From contig NC_068983.1 in the NCBI RefSeq assembly GCF_001194135.2, positions 51,753,981-51,817,980 on the forward strand: a DNA stretch of 64,000 nt. Reading direction: 5' to 3'. The DNA is from Octopus bimaculoides (taxonomy: Eukaryota). Below are positions 53,903 through 64,000 of this stretch, piece by piece. Positions within the stretch are counted from its first letter, which is position 1. Each line of letters begins with the position of its first letter. The notes below the pieces were generated by a model. The model was not told the origin of the DNA, ran no database searches, and saw nothing but the letters and a program-made list of their open reading frames with translations. Both the position numbers and the translations under genes were made by a program.

Positions 53903-54587
53903 TATGTAGGATATTTAAGTAAGCTTAGTGATATATAATATATGCAGATATACATAAGTGTGTGTATGTGTGGGCCTGTTTATGTGCATGTGTGAGATGG
54001 AGACAGAAAATGGTTGACGAGATGCAATTAGTATGCCAGTGACACATGCTTTGTACTTATTACCTTCCTAGTTTTAGTTTACTACCCTGGATAGCTGCAA
54101 TGCGAAAGTGAGAGCCGTGTGCACTTTCTCTTTGTTACTACATAGACTCTGCATTAATTACACATAGGAATGCAGCGTCCTTCCAACTGACGCTAATCGT
54201 GCTTCTTGCAACCCTAGATTTTTCTCATTGGGAATATCAAGTTCCGTCCAAGAGATGCGGCACGGTGGCTCACAAGAGAGTAGTATGGGCTGGTGCCAAA
54301 CGGAAGACACCCAAGTATGAGTTAGGACCAATGTTTTCGGCATATGTTTCCTTCTGTAAAACTAATTCAATAAACTCTGTAAAAATATTTGGTGTTTAGT
54401 ATGGTTCAACACTACTGTGATGTTAAACAATACATTGATCGTCACCGCCGTTCCACTCGTATTAATTTTGGGTTTTCTTTATATAATAAGTGCAACTTCC
54501 AATGTCTGATGTTAGTGCATTCATTTATTTTTTCAAAGGTCTCAGTCGTAAGCCCGCGGTCATGCTGAAGAACCATTTTATATCCAG

Positions 54588-54804
54588 ATTCGTTTCCACT
54601 CTAGGTACAAGGCACGACATTTTCCGGGAGGAGGCCAGCCGATTAGTTTGTCCCTAGTACGCAACTGGTACGTAATGTATCGACCCCGAAAGGATGAAAG
54701 GCAAAGTCGACCCCTGCGGAATTTGAACTCAGAATGTAGAAACACTCGAAATACTGCCAAGCATTTCGCCCGGCGTGCTAACGTTTCTACCAGCTCACCG
54801 CCTT
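54588..54804 (-). mobile_element. Full-length SINE family A (short tail)
   Basis: Head aaggcggtgagctggtagaaacgttagcacgccgggcg, core and tail all present. Confidence 0.85.
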
Positions 54805-55095
54805 TATATTCAGATTCTCTGTAATTTGGACTAGGCTTTTATCCCACCTCGATATCCTATAGATGTACGGATGCAACACGAACAACAAAGTTTACAGGCC
54901 AAACAGCTTCATTGAGAAAGGCATGAAACTAGGAGTTGTGCTCGATTTTGAGCGAGGTTATTTCAGTGTGTTACTTCTAATATTTGATTCGAAGTGAAAT
55001 AACACTTAGGCCGTAACGTGCTCTCTATGTACCTCTGTACTCTTCACAGACGTCTATCGTTTATTTGGGGGGAAATTAGTTTATACCTAAATCTA

Positions 55096-55500
55096 TTCTT
55101 TTATTCTTTTACTTGCTTTTAAATTGCTTCAGGCATTTGAGTGTGACCATGCTGGAGCACCACATTTAATCGAACAAATCATTCCCAGAACTTATTCCTT
55201 CTAAGCGTAATACTTATTTTATCAGTCTATTTTGCCGAACCGCTAAGTTACGGGGACGTAAACACAGCAGCATCGGTTGTCATGCGATATTGGAGGGATA
55301 AATACAGGCACAAATATATACATGCATTTATTAATATCAACTGGCTTCTTTCAGTTTCTGTCTACTGAATCCACTCATACAGCTTTGGTCTGCCGAGACA
55401 ATAATAGAAGACACTTGCCCTAAACACTATGCAGTGGAACTGAAACCGAAACCATGTAGTTGGAAAGCAAGCTGCTTACCACACATCCATCCCTACGCCT
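55096..55500 (-). mobile_element. Full-length SINE family C with a short internal linker
   Basis: Both modules present; head aggcgtaggg...tgtggtaagcagcttgc. Confidence 0.8.
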
Positions 55501-56497
55501 ATTCAACATATAAAGACAAACCAGTCAGATAAAGAACACAGAAATCAAATAAGACAAGAGATACATGACCGGGTAATCGAATGTTCGTTCGATAAAAGGC
55601 GGCGTAGCTGACGAACTTCAGGTCAGGGGTTTTGTATGTTATCGCTTTCCATACTTGATATGGCGACGAAACTACCCCCAAATTGCAGTTCTCAGCCTCA
55701 ATAACTCAGGTATGTTTAGAAATTATCTTTAAAAGAACATTGGGACTTTATTCCTTCGTATGGTGTTACAGTGGTTCAAAGCAAGATGCATTATTATTAG
55801 TTCTGTTGGTTGTTGTTCCGCCATCAGTTTGATAATTCAACTTGCATCGTCATTGGGTGCATGGGCTCCGTTGTGTGAAACTGTAATTCAATAAATAAGT
55901 GTATAGCAGTCAGGAAACTAACATTCATATGGCTTTATTTTTTAAAAAAATCATCACCCCCATCTTAAGAAATCAATCACAACTTTTGACCCAAATCATG
56001 CAAAATTATAGTGGGATTCATAATACCTGAGTCTATTCCATGGAGAAATAGCATATCTGAAATTTCAGCTTTCTATTTAAAGTTTTGTCCGAATTAAGGG
56101 CTTTTAAAACTATAATCACTAAGAGGCACTTGATTCACAGCTCAGTATTTCCGCTTGCTAAATCCTTGTAAACGCAAGAGAGATGTGAAATAACTGTATT
56201 TATACATATTTATACAAAATTACAGAACTGAAATTGCTCTATGCAAAGGTTCAATCTAGTCTATTTCAAAACAGAAGACACTGCAAGCATTCAATAACGT
56301 AGAAAATTAAAAACAAAACATATTTTTGTCTTCATAGGTTTGGGTCAAAACTGGTATTAGATTTCTTCAGTTATGGGGTGAATTTGTTTTTAAAATGCTT
56401 AAAATAAAGGTTATTTTCCTTACTTATATGAAATTGTTCATCGGCTTTTGATAGAGGAAATTATTTACTATAACAAAAAATCAAAAGTCATAACCTT

Positions 56498-56536
<39 letters not shown>

Positions 56537-56548
56537 ACGTGTGTGTGC

Positions 56549-56589
<41 letters not shown>

Positions 56590-58894
56590 TGTGTGTGTCT
56601 GTGTGTCTGTGTCTGTGTCTGTGTCTGTGTGAAAAAGTATTCTAGTCAAGTCCACAGCGCCTCTATGCTATAATGATTCTAGAAAAATGAGGAGTGTAGA
56701 CCATTACAATAGGGGCAAAGCTGAAATAATTGCGAAATGGGATTGGCGCTTAATATAATTTTTGAACTTATTTATTTGGTCATAAATCGTTGAAATTCGT
56801 TTATACATCGTGTAATATCCAATAAAATAATAAACGATCCATTTTTGTAGTACGAATGTGCATTACACCAAAACTAATGAAGTCGCTATCATACCAATTC
56901 CATTCATTGTAACGACACTATTCTTGATGTGAAGTATGTGCAGTAACATAACGAACAATAATATTGGAAAAGAAAGGATGTCCCTAAACCAAGAGATATA
57001 AGAGTCGTATGCACCAACACTTGCGAAGGAAAATGTTTGCTTTAAAATGAGAATAAATAACCAATATGCTGTATTACACACGCTTGTTTGTTAGAGGCGT
57101 TCAGAATGTCATGGTTTGAATGACTTCATCTTGAATGAATACCGCACAACTATAATTTGTGTGAGTTATCTTCACGAAGCCACAGGAATTTTTCTCTCTC
57201 ATTGTTAGTGTACTGCACTGTATCTCTATCTCTTTCCTTCTCTATGTAGGTATCTAACTACATGTATGTGTGCGTATTTATATATATGTGTATGTGTATA
57301 TATATGTACATATATATGTATGTGTGTGTATATGTGTATACATATATATATATATATATATANNNNNNNNNNNNNNNNNNNNNNNNNNNNNNNNNNNNNN
57401 NNNNNNNNNNNNNNNNNNNNNNNNNNNNNNNNNNNNNNNNNNNNNNNNNNNNNNNNNNNNNNNNNNNNNNNNNNNNNNNNNNNNNNNNNNNNNNNNNNNN
57501 NNNNNNNNNNNNNNNNNNNNNNNNNNNNNNNNNNNNNNNNNNNNNNNNNNNNNNNNNNNNNNNNNNNNNNNNNNNNNNNNNNNNNNNNNNNNNNNNNNNN
57601 NNNNNNNNNNNNNNNNNNNNNNNNNNNNNNNNNNNNNNNNNNNNNNNNNNNNNNNNNNNNNNNNNNNNNNNNNNNNNNNNNNNNNNNNNNNNNNNNNNNN
57701 NNNNNNNNNNNNNNNNNNNNNNNNNNNNNNNNNNNNNNNNNNNNNNNNNNNNNNNNNNNNNNNNNNNNNNNNNNNNNNNNNNNNNNNNNNNNNNNNNNNN
57801 NNNNNNNNNNNNNNNNNNNNNNNNNNNNNNNNNNNNNNNNNNNNNNNNNNNNNNNNNNNNNNNNNNNNNNNNNNNNNNNNNNNNNNNNNNNNNNNNNNNN
57901 NNNNNNNNNNNNNNNNNNNNNNNNNNNNNNNNNNNNNNNNNNNNNNTATATATATATATATATATATATGGTAAATAGTGATTTCTATGAAAATCGGTTA
58001 GCTCAGTTATATTTGGTATTAGTTAACCTGTTGTAAAATAAAGTAGTGTGCTAACCATCAATTTGTACGATTTCTGTCTCGGTCAATAATGTCGCATCCT
58101 ATATTAAGAAGGCGTATATCATCTCAACAGTTTCCTATTGAAAAATAGAGAGAATACAGATCCCTTATAATTTCATAATAAACTGCAGCTTTATAAGATA
58201 TCATACTAGTTATGAATTATATTTACAGAAATCTAATTTTAGAGAAACCAACATTCTGAAATACCTATTTCATATTGCCTATTTCGAGTAAAAATAATAT
58301 ACATACATTACCATTTCCATTTCCATTTGCGTTACAAGCTCGTTGATATTGTTCATTCCATAATGTGTGGAAGATTTAAATAATCCTAAGCACATAAGAG
58401 AAATTATAGGACGCGTATATTAACTAAGCAAATTTTGGCATCAATCATTACCGTTTCTGCTCGTAAGAAAATAATATGATTAAATCAATTTGTTTATCAC
58501 TTTTGCACGAGACTATGATGTACGTTATTTTCCGTGCGTACACCCGTACTGTGTTATATCTATCAATGCAGAGAGTGGAGCTCAATCGTTAAAAAGCACG
58601 TTTATTTTTAGATATGAAGAGAGGCAATATTTCCACAACATCGATGCCACTTAAACAAATATAACATAAATGTTACTAAAGCAAATATGGAGTAATTATT
58701 TTCCCAGTTTGCCATCAAATTTTTCAATCAGACCAATTATTCAACCTTTTGTTGAGCTTCATTAATATGAATTAATGTTACATTTTACTACATATGTGAG
58801 TTCCAATAATTGCTTCAGAACAATCAGCTTGTTACGTTAATGCGTAAAATTTTGAAGAAACATGTTTAGATTAATTACCCTCTTATCGTTTACA

Positions 58895-59290
58895 TTCTTT
58901 AGCTTGTTCCCGGCTTCAGTCTATGGCCATTTTGGGGCACCGACTCGAAGAACGAATCTTAGTGGAGTTTATCAACCCTAGAACTTTTTTTTTTTGGAGC
59001 CTGCATCGTGTCCTGTCGGTCAGTTTTGCCGAACCGCTAGGTTACGGGGACATATACGCACCAACACTGATATTCAAGCGGTGGTGGAGTGACCAATCAC
59101 AAACACAAAGACATACACGCTCTTATACAAATATATATACGAGGTTATTCTTCGAGTGTCCGTCAACAAATTCAACTCACAGGCTCTTGTAAAATATACT
59201 TACCCCGCTAGTAAGTAAAGCATATTTACCAAGCGAGTATATTCCGGGAGACTGAATCCAGAACCATTAGTTTGGAAAGCAAGCTTCTTA
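58895..59290 (-). mobile_element. Diverged SINE family C
   Basis: ggggcaccgact...ttttgccgaaccgctaggttacggggac...tttggaaagcaagcttctta. Confidence 0.7.
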
Positions 59291-59569
59291 TATGCGAAAA
59301 CCTAAATAACGAATTGATTTCAATGTTGGTCTTCTAATTGTACGCTTTTTTCGAAACTCTCACTCATGTTACTATTTCTTATTCGTAATATGCTCTTCAT
59401 ATAATTCTGAGACGTTTCAGCACAGGCGTTTTGGCGCTACCTATTTCACGTCAGTGATCTGAAGGTGATTTGACATCAAGCATATTAATGTTTCTCTCAT
59501 TTTAATGCTTATTTCGTTCTCTCCCATCTTCCACTTTCTTTCGCTCTTTCTCACTGTCCTACTCTCCCC

Positions 59570-59631
<62 letters not shown>

Positions 59632-59776
59632 ACTCACTCACTCTCTCTATCTATCTCTCTCTCTCTCTCTCGCACACACACACAAACCCTTTTGTAGTTA
59701 TAAATTTACTATTTATGTGTATGAGCAAAGGGTAAGCTTCTATACTAATCGTTCTCAATTAATAAATGTTAATATC

Positions 59777-59990
59777 AAGGCGGCGAGCTGGCAAAAACAT
59801 TAGCACGCCGGGCGAAATGCTTAGCAGTATATCGTCTGTCTGTACATTCTGAGTTCAAATTTCCCCGAGGTCGACTTTGCCCTTCATCATTTCGGGGTCC
59901 ATAAATTAAGTAGCTATTGCGTGCTGGGCTCGGGCTAAGCGACTGGACCCTCTCCCAAAATTTCGGGCCCCGTGCCTAGAATAGAAACGA
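59777..59990 (+). mobile_element. Full-length SINE family A (short tail)
   Basis: aaggcggcgagctggc...gagttcaaattt...gtcgactttgcccttcatc...aaaatttcgggccccgtgcctagaatagaaa. Confidence 0.85.
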
Positions 59991-61537
59991 ACAAATTTTA
60001 ATGTCTTTCTCTCTCCCCTTCATATTTTACTCTCTCAACATGTATGTTTATACTCCTGCGCGCGCAGGTGTTCATGAGCATGTGCGCGTTTTCCTCTAAG
60101 GACAAACTATGTAGAAAATAAGAAAAACAGTCTTGCTTAATCGTCGGCGTCCAAATACCGTGTCCAGTCGCCCCGAGCCAATGGATTTGCTGAACTCCAT
60201 TTTAATGCTATCACTTCTGGCCTTTTATATAACGTGGAGGTATTAGATTACGCCGTTCTAGATACAGAAGTTGAAAATAACTTCCATAACTGCTGTTGCG
60301 GTGTTTATTATACTCAAGCTCAAAAAAAATTCACAGACGACTACGGCTGTTTTCCTGATATACAACCTGCAAACATCTTCCAAGATGGCTAACGCCATTG
60401 TAGATTTTATCAGAGAAAAGTTGATCAGCGTCGGGCTAATTAACAAGAAATAAGGCGAACTATTACTGTTGCCGAGTCGAATAAATTCATTCAGTTTCAT
60501 CATTGCACATACTTACGTTCGAGTGTAGTGTAGAACGATAATAATCTTTTATATATATGCTGAAATTATATTATATATGCTGAAATCCTATTCTGTAGAA
60601 TAAGTCTATACAACACTATACAATACCATAAATAATCCTTTCGTTCAATAACCCTTTCGTTAATTTTTCACTCATTCTATTACTCCCTTTAAGAATATAT
60701 TCTTCGTTTTGTACAAACTATAATACTACTATATGTGATACATAATAGACATAATATTCACAGAATGTAAAATTCATTGAATCTATTGTTTCACTTTCGG
60801 CTCCATATTAACCTATCCTCTTCCTATAGTAGCCCACCGCCTTTCATACATTCGCCAATATATTGCTATACGCATGCGTATATAATCCTTTGCACTTGCC
60901 TGTTATAGCTAGGATAGATTTACTTGATCCTTTTCCATCTGGTCAATCATTCAATTTTTCAAGTTATACTCGAATGCACATAGAACTAAGAATATGTGCC
61001 TAATTCAGCCTTCACTGATTTCTGTAAAGTTTTCTGCATATTAAATTTAAACATCCATAATAAAATCAATCTACCATTCAAATTAAACATCATTTCATCT
61101 CCAGTTTAGATCTTGTGAAGTATGTACTAAAAGTCTTTGATTTTTTATATTTCTATGATTAATATTATAACATAGCAATGAGGGTAAAAGCAAATAAAAA
61201 TCACTCAGGAGTATAAAAGGGAAAATATCCAAACATACGTGGCCTTCGATATTTCGCTACATGCAAAAATAATTCCATAATTTAATTGTCGTCTTGGAAC
61301 GGTTCTTACAGAGCTGCTCCAAGACGACAGGAATCAATACACCAATGGAACTTTATGACTGTTTTCCACAGCATTATATTCTATAATCATATTTACTAGC
61401 TTGTTCGAGCGATATAATTTCATAACAAAAACACATGCGCTTAGAAATATAACGATGTGCGTGTATATATATATTTGCATGATTATATTATATGCAAATA
61501 TGTTTATGGATGTCAGGAAAGTATTTGGTAGCTAAAT

Positions 61538-61588
<51 letters not shown>

Positions 61589-61879
61589 NNNNNNNNNNNN
61601 NNNNNNNNNNNNNNNNNNNNNNNNNNNNNNNNNNNNNNNNNNNNNNNNNNNNNNNNNNNNNNNNNNNNNNNNNNNNNNNNNNNNNNNNNNNNNNNNNNNN
61701 NNNNNNNNNNNNNNNNNNNNNNNNNNNNNNNNNNNNNNNNNNNNNNNNNNNNNNNNNNNNNNNNNNNNNNNNNNNNNNNNNNNNNNNNNNNNNNNNNNNN
61801 NNNNNNNNNNNNNNNNNNNNNNNNNNNNNNNNNNNNNNNNNNNNNNNNNNNNNNNNNNNNNNNNNNNNNNNNNNAGATG

Positions 61880-63104
61880 GATACATTTCTTTTATTAGCC
61901 ACACAGGTCTCAACAAAGATGGGACGAATACAATGTAGAGCTTTTCTTTTTAGGAGGGGGAAGGAAGAGAAAAAAAGTAGGGGTGGGTGTCGATCAAAAG
62001 GGATCGTAGGAAGGAAAAAAGGGGGGAGCTCGATCAAAAGGGACCGAGAGAAAAAAAAAGCGATCAATAGGGATCGTGTATCACAGTAATGTTCTCGTGT
62101 AAAAAGAGGGGAAGACAGTTTAGGTTTAGCCGTGGAAAGAAAAGCCTACGGAAAAGACCACGGTAACCTTGGTCAATATTGTCATTGCAGAAACTATACC
62201 AGTAAGGGACTCTCTTTTGCCTTTTTGTTTTTTGTCTGCATTTTTGTTTTTACTCCTTTATAGTGTTATGCTCAAGGTGGCTCCGTCATTCATACGTGAC
62301 ATCCTTGCTACATTCACCCATCTTTTGTTTGAAGCATTCACTAGACAAGACTTCCCTTTCTACTCTCACCTTCCTCTTCAGATGATACTTGAAGAAGTTG
62401 ATGAGAGATTGCCCAGAGAGGAAAGTCTTTGTCTCTAGACCTTTCAGACGCGTCCACCATACACATTCTTTCGCCATAGCCACAAGTACGATGAAAATAG
62501 CTCTTCCTTCCCGTTTAAAAGAAGGAGGCGCGACAATATTCACGATAGACTCGGCTGATAGACTGACTCGTCNNNNNNNNNNNNNNNNNNNNNNNNNNNN
62601 NNNNNNNNNNNNNNNNNNNNNNNNNNNNNNNNNNNNNNNNNNNNNNNNNNNNNNNNNNNNNNNNNNNNNNNNNNNNNNNNNNNNNNNNNNNNNNNNNNNN
62701 NNNNNNNNNNNNNNNNNNNNNNNNNNNNNNNNNNNNNNNNNNNNNNNNNNNNNNNNNNNNNNNNNNNNNNNNNNNNNNNNNNNNNNNNNNNNNNNNNNNN
62801 NNNNNNNNNNNNNNNNNNNNNNNNNNNNNNNNNNNNNNNNNNNNNNNNNNNNNNNNNNNNNNNNNNNNNNNNNNNNNNNNNNNNNNNNNNNNNNNNNNNN
62901 NNNNNNNNNNNNNNNNNNNNNNNNNNNNATTCCTCGTCGACACCCAGGTTCGCCCCGAGATCGTCGTCCTACCTTCCCTCCACTAATCCACTATAGAATG
63001 CGTTAGTTGTGATGCAGTCGCTCAAGGTTGACCCGGGTTGTTAGAGTTGCCGGAGAGCAACGCGACACTCGCGGTGCCATTCGCCCTTCCTCGGCCTCTG
63101 CTAG
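61880..63104 (-). mobile_element. 5'-truncated Tx1/L1-type LINE, copy 1 (contains an N-gap)
   Basis: NAFYSGLVEGR*DDDLGANLGVDEE before the gap; PPSFKREGRAIFIVLVAMAKECVWWTRLKGLETKTFLSGQSLINFFKYHLKRKVRVERE...RWVNVARMSRMNDGATLSITL* (stop near 62258) after it; 3' UTR ends tgtggctaataaaagaaa. Confidence 0.85.
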
Positions 63105-63109
63105 ATAAC

Positions 63110-64000
63110 TTTCATTTATTAGCCACACGCGGCTGCACACAGAGGGGACAAATACAACTGTAGAGCTTTTCTTTAAAAAAAAAAAAAGAAAAAGAAAGAA
63201 AAAAACAATCAAAAGGGATCGGTAGGGGGAAAAAAACCGGAGGTATCACAGAAAATGTCAATTGTGTATAATGGGGTAACATTAGATTTATCCATGGAGA
63301 GAAAAGCCTACGGAAAAGACCATGGTAACCTCAGCATGGAATAGACACATGAGAGCGAATTGCTCTCTCTCTCTCTCTTTTTTTAAAAAGTTTTTTTTTT
63401 CTCGATTTATAGGATCATGCTCAAATAGGTATCGTCACTCGCACGCACCATCTTTGCTACATTCACCCACCTTTTAATGAAACTTTCACGAGACAAAAAC
63501 TGTCTCTCTATTCTCACCTTCCTTTTCAAGTGATACTTGAAAAAGTTGATGAGCGATTGGCCAGAGAGGTAAGTTTTCGTCTCTAATCCTTTCGTCTCTA
63601 ATTCTTCCACCATGGCCACCAGTATGATGAACACTGCCTTGCCTTCCCTGTTGAGGGACGGTGGTGGAGCAATTTGCACAACAGACTCGGCTGACAGGCG
63701 GACTCGTCCTACACGTGACAGCAGCCGTTCGGCACAAGCCCACAGGTCGGAAATCTTTGAACACTGCACGAGTGCGTGCCGAACGGTTCCGTCGCTCTGA
63801 CCGCATCTCGGGCAGGTCGGTCCGGTGTGTCTCGAACCGTGTCTGTAAAGCTTATCCCAAACGTGTACTGCTTCTCGATAGCACTGCCAGGCCAGGGATC
63901 TCTGGTGGTTGTCCATAGGTCCCGGCCCGAAAGTTGTCCTGAACAGGCGGGCCAGGTGTTCCTCGTCGACGCCCAGATTCTGCCCCGAGATCGTCGTCCC
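63110..64000 (-). mobile_element. Tx1/L1-type LINE, copy 2: ORF2 C-terminus with CCHC zinc knuckle plus 3' UTR; runs off the window end
   Basis: ORF 63407-63916 contains CPRCGQSDGTVRHALVQC (C-x2-C-x8-H-x4-C, zf-RVT-like); a one-base frameshift near 63980 relative to copy 1 suggests it is inactive. Confidence 0.88.

Noticed and set aside
59410-59460. Minus-strand ctgacgtga...gaaacgtc hammerhead-like string
   Set aside because: Core spacing is wrong and stems I and II do not pair convincingly.

Overview
AT-rich eukaryotic DNA from a fragmented short-read draft assembly. It has 22 N-gaps (about 8 kb, roughly 13% of the window), most flanked by (TA)n or (TG)n. The repeat families and microsatellite load look like an octopus (coleoid cephalopod) genome; this is my recognition of the repeats, not a database result. 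I could not identify any host protein-coding gene, and most ORF-track entries are microsatellite or N-gap artefacts. What the sequence does support is a dense fossil record of mobile elements: about 30 copies of three tRNA-derived SINE families (my labels A, B, C); three mariner transposase fragments, one nearly full length; two R4/Dong-type restriction-like-endonuclease LINE fragments, one inside a (TAA)n array; three Tx1/L1-type LINE 3' ends; two RTE fragments; one CR1/L2-like remnant; and Penelope RT and GIY-YIG fragments. The most interesting signals are: (1) a 3' tail shared between a Tx1-type LINE and one SINE-A subtype; (2) a palindromic TIR element built from two tRNA-like T-arms, carrying a SINE with a 17-bp target-site duplication; (3) long inverted repeats whose loops resemble decayed minimal hammerhead ribozymes. 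A few spliced-exon candidates are listed at low confidence.
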